DNA of 59,071 nucleotides, counting the filler, from Acidimicrobiia bacterium (GTDB lineage Bacteria; Actinomycetota; Acidimicrobiia; Spongiisociales; JAHEDJ01), in assembly GCA_029210695.1 (NCBI GenBank). It is 15 parts of 15 records of this genome, joined end to end, with 100 filler letters (N's around TTAATTAATTAA, not from the genome) between each part and the next. Parts side by side here need not be neighbours in the genome. Positions count along the whole stretch, not along the records: positions 25,065 to 56,773 come from JARGFH010000045.1; 14 more parts are not named here. One strand, written 5' to 3'. Under the pieces are notes generated by a model, which saw only the letters and a program-made list of their open reading frames with translations, was not told the origin of the DNA and did not search any database. Position 1 is the first letter of the stretch. Each line of letters opens with the position of its first letter. Positions 41,204 through 50,766 of this stretch are shown one piece after another. Made by a program: the position numbers and the translations under genes.

Positions 41204-42383
41204 GCCAGCGACAAAGCGGCGCTGGACGCGGGTCGCGTTTGGCGACGTCGTGCGAAAGGTCTCGGACCGCGTCGATCCTGAGACATCCGGCCTGGAGCGC
41301 TATGTGGCCGGCGAGCACATGGACACTGACAACCTGCGGATTAGCCGCTGGGGAACGACCGGCGACGGTTACCTCGGTCCAGCATTCCACATGCGCTTCA
41401 AGCCTGGCCAGGTGCTGTACGGCTCGCGTCGTACCTACCTTCGAAAGGTTGCTGTGGCCGACTTCGCGGGGATAACGGCGAACACCACGTTTGTGCTCGA
41501 GCCCGAGGATCCGAACGTCCTACTTCCAGAGCTTCTACCGTTCATCATGCAGACGGAGTCGTTCCACGACCACTCAATCAAACAGTCGAAGGGCTCAGTT
41601 AACCCATACATCAACTACTCGGACCTCGCATGGTACGAGTTCGCCCTGCCGCCTGTTGAAGAGCAGCGCCGAATCGCGGAGGGCATCGCTGCACTAGGCA
41701 CCACCGTCGAGACTCTCAAGGCGGTTGTCGATTCGTCCACGAGGGTAGCGCTTGCTGTCGTGGATGACAGTCTGCGAGCGACGGATGCCGTGGAAATGCG
41801 CGTCGATCAAGCGTTCGAAGTGCAGATCGGTCGACAACGCGCGCCCAAGTATGCAACTGGGACTCAAGCCTGTCGTTATCTCAGGGCAGCGAACATCAAG
41901 GACGGACGTCTGCTGCTTGATGACGTACTGGAGATGGACTTCACCGCTGACGAGAGAAGGACGTTCCGTCTGACAACGGGCGACGTTCTGATTACCGAAG
42001 GTTGTGGTAGTCCTGAAGAGTTGGGAGCCACGGCACGGTGGAGTGGCGAGCTGTCGGACGACGTTTGCTTCCAGAACACGCTGCTGAGACTTCGGCCGAG
42101 GAAGGGCGTAACGACAGCAGGATTCGCATACGCCTGGGCACGTCATGCATACAAGTCGGGGAAATTCCTGCGGGTCGCTCGCGGTTCGAACATCCTGCAC
42201 ATCGGTAGTAAGCGGCTCTCTGCGATGCCCATGAAGGTTCCACAACTGCGAGCCCAGGATGATCTCGAAGAGATGTTGGTTCGCGTCGAAATCGCCTCCA
42301 GCAACGCCAGTCAGCGGCGGAGCGCTTTGGAATCAGCACGGCGCCGCATACTCAACGAAAACTTAGGTGAGAGCAGTGAGTAA
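41196..42383 (+). CDS. hsdS: Type I RM specificity subunit
   Basis: Two TRD-sized regions with LPPVEEQRRI and VPQLRAQ conserved segments; sits between hsdM and hsdR. Confidence 0.9.
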   Translation: MVEPATKRRWTRVAFGDVVRKVSDRVDPETSGLERYVAGEHMDTDNLRISRWGTTGDGYLGPAFHMRFKPGQVLYGSRRTYLRKVAVADFAGITANTTFVLEPEDPNVLLPELLPFIMQTESFHDHSIKQSKGSVNPYINYSDLAWYEFALPPVEEQRRIAEGIAALGTTVETLKAVVDSSTRVALAVVDDSLRATDAVEMRVDQAFEVQIGRQRAPKYATGTQACRYLRAANIKDGRLLLDDVLEMDFTADERRTFRLTTGDVLITEGCGSPEELGATARWSGELSDDVCFQNTLLRLRPRKGVTTAGFAYAWARHAYKSGKFLRVARGSNILHIGSKRLSAMPMKVPQLRAQDDLEEMLVRVEIASSNASQRRSALESARRRILNENLGESSE

Positions 42384-45345
42384 TTTCAGCGAAGCCAACA
42401 CCGTGGAAGCATTCATCCGTGACCTGCTTTGCGGTGGCGTCACCCACCACACCGCTGTCGGTCCGGGCCTCGCCCATCGGCTCGGCCAGGTCTCAGGAGC
42501 CGGCTGGCACTACCTCTCGCCGCATGACTTGCCGCGCCAGCCCACCGAGATCCTCGTTGAGGGTCATCTCAGGGAGGCGCTGATTCGACTTAATCCCGAG
42601 GTCGCAGCAGAGCTAGACCGTGCCGACGATGTGCTCTACAAGTTGCGCGCCATCCTTATGGGGGTTCGCAGCGATGGGCTGGTCAAGGCCAACGAGGAGT
42701 TCGCAGCTTGGCTAACCGGCGAGCGGTCGATGCCTTTCGGCAAGAACGGCGAGCACGTCACCATTCGCCTCATCGACTTCGACGACCTCGAACAGAACCA
42801 GTACGTGGTCACCACCCAGTACACGGTGCGTGCCGGCGGAGCAGAGAAGCGCGCCGATCTTGTTCTGCTAGTGAACGGCATCCCGCTAGTCGTGATCGAG
42901 GCCAAGACGCCGGTGCGTTCGAGCGAGAGCTGGTTCGATGGAGCGATTCAGGTGCATGACGACTATGAGCGCAACGTGCCCGAGCTGTTCGTACCAAACG
43001 TGTTCTCGGTTGCGACTGAGGGCAAGGAGTTCCGTTACGGATCGATCGGACTGCCAGTCGATCTCTGGGGTCCATGGAGGATCGACGCCGACACCCGAGC
43101 GCCAAGTCTTCAGCAGATCGAACAGGCCGTATCCTCGCAGCTCGGTCCGCATGTCGTGCTCGACCTTCTCGCCAACTTCACGGCGTATGCGACGGACAGC
43201 AAGAAGCGCCGCATCAAGATCATCGCCCGCTATCAACAGTATGAGGGCGCCAACCTGATCGTCGAACGAGTCGTGGCGGGACAACCGAAGAAGGGCCTCA
43301 TCTGGCATTTCCAGGGCTCGGGCAAGTCGCTGTTGATGCTCTTCGCCGCCCGCAAGCTGCGCCTGCACCCGGCTCTGAAGAATCCCACGGTGATGATCGT
43401 GGTCGACCGGATCGACCTCGACACACAGATCTCGAGCACCTTCTATGCCGCCGACACCCCGAACCTGGTGAAAGCCGAGACCCGCGCCGAACTGCAACGG
43501 CTACTCGAACAGGACGTCCGCAAGATCATCATCACGACGATCTTCAAGTTCGGTGAAGCCGACGGAGTGGTGAACGACCGCAGCAATATCATCGCTCTGG
43601 TCGACGAGGCTCACCGCACGCAGGAGGGCGACCTCGGCCGCAAGATGCGTCAGGCGTTGCCCAACGCCTTCCTTTTCGGCCTCACCGGCACGCCCATCAA
43701 CCGCGCAGACCGCAACACCTTCTACGCCTTCGGGGCCGAGGGCGACGAGCACGGATACATGAGCCGCTACGGGTTCGAGGAGTCGATCCGAGACGGGGCC
43801 ACCATGCCCCTCCACTTCGAGCCACGGCTGGTGGAGCTCCACATCGACAAAGACGCCATCGACGAAGCGTTCAAGGAGCTCACTGGTGGCCTGAGCGACC
43901 TCGACCGCGAGCAGCTCGCCAGGACCGCCGCACAGATGGCGGTACTCGTGAAGGCGCCCGACCGGGTGCAGAGGATCTGTGCCGATATCGCCAAGCACTA
44001 CCAGGACAAAGTCGAGCCGAACGGCTTCGGCGCCCAGGTCGTGACCTTTGATCGCGAAGCGTGCATGCTTTACAAGAGAGCCCTAGACGAGTATCTACCG
44101 TCCGAGGTCTCCGACGTCGTCATGACCGTGAACAGCGGCGAAGACGACTATGCGCCGTGGCGTCGGGGTCGTGACGACGAGGAGAAGCTACTCGACCGCT
44201 TCCGCGACCCAGCAGACCCGCTGAAGATACTCATCGTCACCTCGAAGCTCCTCACCGGCTTCGACGCCCCGATCCTGCACGCCATGTACCTCGACAAGCC
44301 ACTTCGCGACCACACTCTGCTACAGGCGATCTGCCGAACCAACCGACCCCATGGGAAGGCCAAGACCCACGGGCTTATCGTCGACTACCTCGGCGTCTTC
44401 GACGACGTCGCCCAGGCGATCCAGTTCGACGAGGAAGGCATCACCCGGGTCGTCACCAATATCAACGAACTGGTCGCACAATTGCCTGGGGCCATCACGA
44501 GGTGTCTCTACCGCTTCGCCGGCGTTGATCGCATGGTTGCGGGTTACGAAGGTCTTATTGCTGCCCAAGATTGCCTTCCCGACAACGAGACCCGCGACAG
44601 ATTCGCGGAGGACTTCAGCTACCTGAGCCGGCTATGGGAGGCCATCTCGCCCGACCCGATCCTGGGCAGCTATGAGACCGACTACCGGTGGCTGACCCAG
44701 GTCTACGAGTCGGTGAAACCCTCCACCGGCACCGGCAAGCTGCTCTGGCACGCACTTGGTCCCAAGACGATCGAGCTCATCCACGAGCACTTGCAGGTCG
44801 ATGCGGTGCGCGACGACCTCGACACCCTGGTATTGGACGCCGATCTCCTGGAAGCTGTGCTCGGGACGCCAGACCCGAATAGGAAAGCCAAGGAGATCGA
44901 GATCAAAGTCGCACGTCGGCTCCGCAAGCATCTGCATGATCCGCGTTTCAAGGAACTCGGCCAACGGCTCGAAGACCTGAAGCTGAAACACGAACAGGGA
45001 GTCCTGTTGAGTGTTGAGTTCCTGAAGGAGTTGCTCAACCTGGCCCGCGACGTCGTACAAGCTGAACGAACCGCCGAACCGATCGCCGAGGAGGACCTGG
45101 GTAAGGCGGCCCTGACCGAACTGTTCGAAGAAGCGAAGAACGAGAAGACCCCAATCATGGTCGAGCGGGTCGTCAACGACATAGACGAGATCGTTCGGGT
45201 CGTCCGGTTCGACGGATGGCAAAACACCCACGCCGGCGAACGCCAGGTCAAGCTGGCGCTCCGCAAGACCCTGTTCAAGTACAAGCTCCACCAGGACCAG
45301 GAGTTGTTTGACCGCGCCTACGGCTACATCAGGCAGTATTACTGA
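42376..45345 (+). CDS. hsdR: Type I RM restriction subunit
   Basis: RADLVLLVNGIPLVVIEAK, HFQGSGKS, DEAHR, TGTP, LLTGFDAP, QAICRTNR. Confidence 0.95.
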   Translation: MSNFSEANTVEAFIRDLLCGGVTHHTAVGPGLAHRLGQVSGAGWHYLSPHDLPRQPTEILVEGHLREALIRLNPEVAAELDRADDVLYKLRAILMGVRSDGLVKANEEFAAWLTGERSMPFGKNGEHVTIRLIDFDDLEQNQYVVTTQYTVRAGGAEKRADLVLLVNGIPLVVIEAKTPVRSSESWFDGAIQVHDDYERNVPELFVPNVFSVATEGKEFRYGSIGLPVDLWGPWRIDADTRAPSLQQIEQAVSSQLGPHVVLDLLANFTAYATDSKKRRIKIIARYQQYEGANLIVERVVAGQPKKGLIWHFQGSGKSLLMLFAARKLRLHPALKNPTVMIVVDRIDLDTQISSTFYAADTPNLVKAETRAELQRLLEQDVRKIIITTIFKFGEADGVVNDRSNIIALVDEAHRTQEGDLGRKMRQALPNAFLFGLTGTPINRADRNTFYAFGAEGDEHGYMSRYGFEESIRDGATMPLHFEPRLVELHIDKDAIDEAFKELTGGLSDLDREQLARTAAQMAVLVKAPDRVQRICADIAKHYQDKVEPNGFGAQVVTFDREACMLYKRALDEYLPSEVSDVVMTVNSGEDDYAPWRRGRDDEEKLLDRFRDPADPLKILIVTSKLLTGFDAPILHAMYLDKPLRDHTLLQAICRTNRPHGKAKTHGLIVDYLGVFDDVAQAIQFDEEGITRVVTNINELVAQLPGAITRCLYRFAGVDRMVAGYEGLIAAQDCLPDNETRDRFAEDFSYLSRLWEAISPDPILGSYETDYRWLTQVYESVKPSTGTGKLLWHALGPKTIELIHEHLQVDAVRDDLDTLVLDADLLEAVLGTPDPNRKAKEIEIKVARRLRKHLHDPRFKELGQRLEDLKLKHEQGVLLSVEFLKELLNLARDVVQAERTAEPIAEEDLGKAALTELFEEAKNEKTPIMVERVVNDIDEIVRVVRFDGWQNTHAGERQVKLALRKTLFKYKLHQDQELFDRAYGYIRQYY

Positions 45346-46391
45346 TGCCTCCCTTCTCTCCTGGCAAGCGTGTGATCGTCCTCGGCGCCGGTGCTAGCCG
45401 CGGCGCCAGCACCAGCGAGGGGAAGCTGTGCCAGCCACCTCTGAACGCTGACTTCTTCACTCAGCTGCAGCGAATCGCCACCTCGAAGCATGAAGACAAG
45501 GTTGCCGCGATCGTTAAAGACATCGTGGGCCTGTTCGGACCAAATTTCAGTCTGACGATGGAGGAGTACTTCACACAGCTCGAATCCATGGCTCTCATGT
45601 CCCGGATGGCGGCATCCAAGGACCGCAACTTCTCTCCGGCCGAGATCCGGGAGAAACGAACCAGGTTGATGGCTGCGCTGGCTGCTGTCCTCGAGGTGTC
45701 GACAGATGTTTCGAAGAAGGCAAGCGCCGTGTGCGATCACCATGCGGCAATCGTCAATCGCTTGCAGCCACAGGACACCATCATCAGCTTCAATTACGAC
45801 TGCGTCGCAGATCATGCTCTCCGCCGCGGCGGAAACGGCAAGTGGTCAGCCAAGTACGGGTATGGGTTCTCCAAACCGGGCCGGATCGTTGGCCATGACA
45901 ACTGGGACGCCGCTGATCCGCCGAAGAAAGTCCAAGGGACGATCAACTTGCTCAAGCTCCACGGCTCTCTGAATTGGCAGCTACCCCCCGCCAACGATGC
46001 GGAGACGGGCCCCATACGGCTCAAACAGCGCCTGTACGAGCAGAACGGGATTCCGAAGTTCACGATCATCCCGCCGGAGTTCATCAAGCAGATCGACGCT
46101 GACCCGAACTTCGAAGCACTATGGAGAAACGCAGAGCGGGCTATTCGAGGTGCCGAGGTAATCGCCCTCGTCGGGTTCTCCTTCACACCCACAGATCTTC
46201 ACGTCGAATCGCTTTTCCGGATCGCCCTCGCGAAGAGCCCTCTCAAGACGCTCGTGATCGCGAATCCGTCACCGACTGACAGACGCCGGATCCGGTCCGT
46301 ATTCGCTCGACCGCTCGAACGGGGCTGTGTCGTGCGCCAGTACGACTACCTCAGTGACTTCGCGAAATACGTCGCCACCAACCCATTCTGA
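45345..46391 (+). CDS. SIR2-like (SIR2_2) protein, putative NADase
   Basis: VLGAGAS, IISFNYD, LLKLHGSLNW, IIPP..K, VGFSF; TGATG overlap with hsdR. Confidence 0.85.
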   Translation: MPPFSPGKRVIVLGAGASRGASTSEGKLCQPPLNADFFTQLQRIATSKHEDKVAAIVKDIVGLFGPNFSLTMEEYFTQLESMALMSRMAASKDRNFSPAEIREKRTRLMAALAAVLEVSTDVSKKASAVCDHHAAIVNRLQPQDTIISFNYDCVADHALRRGGNGKWSAKYGYGFSKPGRIVGHDNWDAADPPKKVQGTINLLKLHGSLNWQLPPANDAETGPIRLKQRLYEQNGIPKFTIIPPEFIKQIDADPNFEALWRNAERAIRGAEVIALVGFSFTPTDLHVESLFRIALAKSPLKTLVIANPSPTDRRRIRSVFARPLERGCVVRQYDYLSDFAKYVATNPF

Positions 46392-47009
46392 ATGCCAGAT
46401 CGATCCATGCAGCTGGGTCCCGAAGCGAGACGACAGAAAGTAGATATCGCTGGAATCCGAACTGCCACCGCGCACCCGCTGGATCCAGATATGGTCGAGT
46501 CGCACCTGCTGCCGGAAAAAGAGGGCGATCAGCTCTTCGCCCACGCTTGGCACGATGGCCTCTCCTCGCTGCCGATCGGCAGTCGTCGAGGACGGCTCGC
46601 CGGCACCACCGGCCACATTGCCGAGTCAATCGTAGAAACCGTCCTCGTGGATATCGGCTACACACCGCTCTGGCATTTCGCTGCCGGCGGGCACGGGGTG
46701 GATTTGGTCCTGATCACACCGCAATTCGACGCAGTTCTTGCCATCGAGGTCAAGGGGACACTGAGGCCCGGCCGATTGCCGAGCCTGCGCCGAGCCGACC
46801 TTGATCAGATGACACCCGAATGGTTGGAGAAGTCAGACAATCCCGGCATGAAGGAGTGGAATCTCACCGCTGAAGATGTCTTCGGCGCGGTGTTCCTCGT
46901 CAACTTCGCGGACCGCCTGATCAAGGCGGGCGTCACCAGTGACTTCAGAACAGTACTCCCTGTCGATCGGTTGGACGATCTCGCCGACCTGAGTTGGCTG
47001 GACGCCTGA
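46392..47009 (+). CDS. PD-(D/E)xK-like nuclease
   Basis: GHIAE...GVDLV...AIEVKGT; abuts the SIR2 stop codon; start uncertain. Confidence 0.65.
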   Translation: MPDRSMQLGPEARRQKVDIAGIRTATAHPLDPDMVESHLLPEKEGDQLFAHAWHDGLSSLPIGSRRGRLAGTTGHIAESIVETVLVDIGYTPLWHFAAGGHGVDLVLITPQFDAVLAIEVKGTLRPGRLPSLRRADLDQMTPEWLEKSDNPGMKEWNLTAEDVFGAVFLVNFADRLIKAGVTSDFRTVLPVDRLDDLADLSWLDA

Positions 47010-47033
47010 CAAGGACTCGGAGCGAGGCGGTTT

Positions 47034-47810
47034 CTACCGCAGCAGTCGCCCGATTCGTTGCTCGGCATAGGGATGCGAACGGCCACGCCTGAATGGGGTG
47101 GCACCGTCGAGGGGCCGTTCGTACACGTCGAGATACTCGATCAGCTCGAAGGCATAGCCGAGCTTCTTGGCGTACCGGTCGGCGCTGAGCTCGCCGTGGC
47201 GGAGGTAGGCCGCCCAGAGTGACCGCATGATCGGCAACTCCCACGAGCCGCCGCCCGAGAAGATCCGCACAATCCGTGCGGCGATGAACTGGCCCTCCAT
47301 CTCCAGGTACACGCGAAGTGCTCTCAAACCCAGGAATTCGAGGCGGACCAGTGCGAGGAGTATGTCACCGGTGAGGGTGGCGATGTGACCGCACTCGTGG
47401 GCCAGGGCAGCCTCCATTGACGGATGGCCGATCATCCCGCTGTGAACGTAGATGGTCCGTCCAAGCGTCTGTGCGTTTGGCACGGGGTCGTCGATCACGA
47501 ACCATGCCATTGGAGTCGTGGCGCCTCGCTTCTTCAGGCCCTCCAGCACCGGCTTGACGATCGCTTTCTCCCGAGGGCTCGGCCTCCGGGCACCCAGCTC
47601 CCAGTACAGCCCCCAGCCACCTGGCACGCCTACGAGGAACGTCGCCCACGACAGCGCCAGGGGCAACAGCCCTGCCGTGGTTGCCACGGCAAGTGCGATC
47701 TCCTCCGGCGCACCAAGAGCGCGGGCAATCCCGTATCCGGCGAGACCGCGGGCGAGCACGTTGAGCTGCTCCAGCATGAGGCAGAGAAAGAAGAGCGGCG
47801 CTGCGATCAT
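47034..47810 (-). CDS. M48/HtpX-like membrane Zn peptidase
   Basis: PNAQTLG, AALAHECGH, ELSADRYA, SHP...RI; N-terminal TM segments. Confidence 0.85.
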   Translation of the reverse strand: MIAAPLFFLCLMLEQLNVLARGLAGYGIARALGAPEEIALAVATTAGLLPLALSWATFLVGVPGGWGLYWELGARRPSPREKAIVKPVLEGLKKRGATTPMAWFVIDDPVPNAQTLGRTIYVHSGMIGHPSMEAALAHECGHIATLTGDILLALVRLEFLGLRALRVYLEMEGQFIAARIVRIFSGGGSWELPIMRSLWAAYLRHGELSADRYAKKLGYAFELIEYLDVYERPLDGATPFRRGRSHPYAEQRIGRLLR

Positions 47811-48970
47811 CGTGTCCTCCTCGCCTCGATTGTCGAGATCTCTCTATCCAATCGCAGAGGTGTGACAGAAACGCGAGCCGCCCGGCCTTGGGAGATGACG
47901 AAACACTCCCCTACCTCGAGCTGACGAACCTTGTCCGGGTGCACTCGGAAGGCGTCCTGCTGGCGAAGGCTACCCAGCCCCGTAGGTCCACCCTCGGTCG
48001 AAACCTGGATGGTGCGCTCGATGCTCGGCCGCGTACCGGCTCGCCCCGCCAGACGCTCCGGATCGGCGCTCTGGTGACAGATGAGCCCCGCCGCGGCGTC
48101 GAGGATCCGGTCTGCACCTGCGCCCAGCCCGGCGTAGGACTGGCTCGACACAATCACCGCCGCCCCAAGGCTCCGCACCCGCTCGAACAGGTTTGCGGCG
48201 TCGGCGTCCATCGACAGCGCCGAGAACTCGTCCACGATCAGCAGCACCCGGCGGTCGATCGGCTTGCGTCGGGCGACGTAGTGGGCGAAGTCCTCAACCA
48301 GGAACCGGCCCAGACCGGCGGCCTCCTCCTTGAGGGCGAGTCCGTCAAGCAGCACGTAGGCAGCATCGGCGTCTTCGAACGCCCACCTCCCGTCGAGCTT
48401 CCCTTCGAGCACCTCGAAGAACCCCCGATACCGTGCCACAGCGCCCTGCGCCTCCTTGCCTTGGCCCCGTGCCTGCAGTCGGTCGATCAGATCAACAGCC
48501 GAGCGAGGTGGGCCGATCGGGTGTTTCACCGCTTCGGCCAGCAAGAGCTTGGTGACTGCGCGGTAGTAGGGCTCAGAGAAGTCCTCGACCGCCATCAGTC
48601 GGTTGAGCAGGGCAAGGGGTTCGCCCCGCCAGCCGTCGTACGGCTCGTCCGGGAACACCTTCAGCCGTTGCACGCCGGCCTGCCCCATTGCCCCAACGAA
48701 TCGGTGAACGTTCGACGGGTCTCCCTTGGCGTCGATGTAGAGGATCTGCCAACCGAGATTTGCCGCCGCACCGTAGGCGAGGCGCAGCAGTGTCTCGGTC
48801 TTGCCGGAGCCGGTTCCACCCACGACGACGAGGTGTCGGCCGAGCACCGTCGCCGGATAGAAGACCGTCCCGTTGTGGATCCAGTCGATGAGGTCGCCGC
48901 CTTGCGCCTCGCCAAGCAGAATCGACGCCGGCGCCGCCCTCGCTGTGCTCCTCGGTCGCAGCAACCTCAT
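47807..48970 (-). CDS. VirD4/TraD/TrwB-like coupling ATPase
   Basis: HLVVVGGTGSGKT, IDAKGD, LLIVDEFS, RSLG..V..SQS, VHPDKVRQLEVGE. Confidence 0.82.
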   Translation of the reverse strand: MRLLRPRSTARAAPASILLGEAQGGDLIDWIHNGTVFYPATVLGRHLVVVGGTGSGKTETLLRLAYGAAANLGWQILYIDAKGDPSNVHRFVGAMGQAGVQRLKVFPDEPYDGWRGEPLALLNRLMAVEDFSEPYYRAVTKLLLAEAVKHPIGPPRSAVDLIDRLQARGQGKEAQGAVARYRGFFEVLEGKLDGRWAFEDADAAYVLLDGLALKEEAAGLGRFLVEDFAHYVARRKPIDRRVLLIVDEFSALSMDADAANLFERVRSLGAAVIVSSQSYAGLGAGADRILDAAAGLICHQSADPERLAGRAGTRPSIERTIQVSTEGGPTGLGSLRQQDAFRVHPDKVRQLEVGECFVISQGRAARVSVTPLRLDREISTIEARRTR

Positions 48971-49683
48971 CAGGCACCGTCCAGGGGAACGACCTGGATT
49001 CGCTGTTGCTGGTCGGGGGTGAGCTTCTCGATGGCTCGCCGAACGCCCCGTTCCGCTGCCGGCGCTGTGTAGTAGCGGGTCTGCTGGTAGTCGTGGGAGT
49101 GCCAGGCCACGATGTCCACCAGGCGCTTCAGGTGCTTCGGGGTCAGCTCCACCTCGACCGCCACAGTGACGTTCCCGAGGAGCAGTTCGGCATCCGGTAG
49201 GTGGTGCGGATCCAATGCCGACCCGAAGGTGTGCATAAGACGCTCGGACTGCCATCCGAGATCACTGTTGCTGGCCTCCAGGCCTCTCCTGACTTCGCCG
49301 CACCAGAAGACGTGGGACAGCCACATGGGCCTCGGCACGAGATACTTGACCTGCAGACCGACGGCTCGCAGCCCTGCTCGGGACAACCACACCCAGCCGG
49401 GCTCGGCGTAGAGGATCTTCCGCGTCTCGACCAAACCGGCCCGCGTCCACCGCTCAACGACCCGTCGCGTGCGCCGCTCGGACAGAACGCCCTCGACGCT
49501 CGTCTCAGAGCCCGGCTGGGACCCCAGCAGCCGGGCCAGCTGATCGATCCGAACCGCGTACTGCTCACCGATCCACCGCAACGCCCACAGGTCCCGATCC
49601 GTCAACCGAATCTCCCCCGCATCCCTTCTTATCCCCCTTACCCCACCCTGACTTACCCCCAACAACCTCACACTCACCACCAT
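48970..49683 (-). CDS. Replication-relaxation (Replic_Relax)-like protein
   Basis: RLTDRD wHTH start, WLSRAG, H, WQSE, PDA, VAVEVELTPK; start uncertain. Confidence 0.75.
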   Translation of the reverse strand: MVVSVRLLGVSQGGVRGIRRDAGEIRLTDRDLWALRWIGEQYAVRIDQLARLLGSQPGSETSVEGVLSERRTRRVVERWTRAGLVETRKILYAEPGWVWLSRAGLRAVGLQVKYLVPRPMWLSHVFWCGEVRRGLEASNSDLGWQSERLMHTFGSALDPHHLPDAELLLGNVTVAVEVELTPKHLKRLVDIVAWHSHDYQQTRYYTAPAAERGVRRAIEKLTPDQQQRIQVVPLDGA

Positions 49684-50153
49684 CTCCCCTCTCCCCTACT
49701 ACTCACTTCCACCGCCCCCAATACCCGACCCCGGCCACGCAGGATGCGGGGGTGGGGTCGGGGATTTGCGCCTTGCGCACCAGGGGCGGTGGAAGCCCGT
49801 CGTGACAGGCTCATCCGGGGATCCAAGGTGGACCGAGCTCCGGTCCGCGGCGGGTTCAGGGTCCGGGCCGTCTTTCGGACCGGCGAAACACCTAGCAGCT
49901 GGCGGAGCATCGACGGCTGAACCGGCTCGGTGCGCTGATCCTCGAGCCACCGCTCGACGTCGGATCGGCTGAACCGGACGTGCCGTCCGACCTTGTAGCT
50001 GGCCGGACCGGTGCTGCGGTACCGCCAGGCGTAGATCGTCCCCACCGGCACCCCGAGCCACTCGGCGACGTCCTCGACGCTGAGGAGCCGCTCTCCCTGG
50101 CCGCACGCCACCAGGACGCTCGGCCGATTCGCTGAAGCTGTGTTACTAGTCAT
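49674..50153 (-). CDS. Excisionase-like HTH protein with a long, possibly spurious, C-terminal tail
   Basis: LLSVEDVAEWLGVPVGTIYAWRYRSTGPASYKVGRHVRF. Confidence 0.8.
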   Translation of the reverse strand: MTSNTASANRPSVLVACGQGERLLSVEDVAEWLGVPVGTIYAWRYRSTGPASYKVGRHVRFSRSDVERWLEDQRTEPVQPSMLRQLLGVSPVRKTARTLNPPRTGARSTLDPRMSLSRRASTAPGAQGANPRPHPRILRGRGRVLGAVEVSSRGEGRWW

Positions 50154-50175
50154 GCCATCGACCGTACGCCGGCCC

Positions 50176-50205
50176 TATGACGGGGTCGACCCCCGGCCCG
50201 TCATA
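50176..50205. promoter_or_regulatory. Inverted repeat between divergent xis and repressor genes (putative operator)
   Basis: TATGACGGG...CCCGTCATA. Confidence 0.6.
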
Positions 50206-50253
50206 TTGGTCATCCTGCGGAATCCGTCACTGCCGGGTGATACGTTCGGAGGC

Positions 50254-50766
50254 ATGGACGACCTCACTCCGAATGCCGTCATAGCCTGGAATGTGCGCCG
50301 GCTCCGCCGTGAGCGAGGTTGGACGCAGGCCGCGCTGGCCGAACGGCTGGGCGAGCGGGACGACAAGCCGTGGACCTTCTCGATGGTCTCCGACGCGGAG
50401 ACCGCCGGCCGGACGGACCGGGATCGGCAGTTCACAGCCAACGAGGTGAGCGTCCTCGCCCGCGTCTTCCAGGTGTCGGTCATTGCCCTGTTCGTGCCCG
50501 ATCCGATGCAGCTGGTCAGGATCGGCAACGGCGTTTACACCCGTGAGGACTACGTCGACCTGGTGCTCCAGTTCCCGCCAGAAACGATGCCCGACGGCTT
50601 CGAGCGGCGCCTCCAGAACCAGTACGCCGTCCGCAACCGGGAGAGCACCGACCGTCTGGCTCGCAGCCGACCGGCTCGGACGGCGGATCCGAGCAGCGAC
50701 CTCGCGCAACAGCTGCTCCAGCAGTTCTTCCACTTCGACCGAGGAGAGCACGATGTCGAGCGTTGA
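50254..50766 (+). CDS. XRE-family HTH repressor
   Basis: NVRRLRRERGWTQAALAERL; GGAGG RBS before ATG 50254. Confidence 0.87.
   Translation: MDDLTPNAVIAWNVRRLRRERGWTQAALAERLGERDDKPWTFSMVSDAETAGRTDRDRQFTANEVSVLARVFQVSVIALFVPDPMQLVRIGNGVYTREDYVDLVLQFPPETMPDGFERRLQNQYAVRNRESTDRLARSRPARTADPSSDLAQQLLQQFFHFDRGEHDVER

Noticed and set aside
45345..48970. SIR2-HerA system (SIR2 plus the nearby ATPase)
   Set aside because: The ATPase is on the opposite strand in the mobilisation operon and looks VirD4/TraD-like
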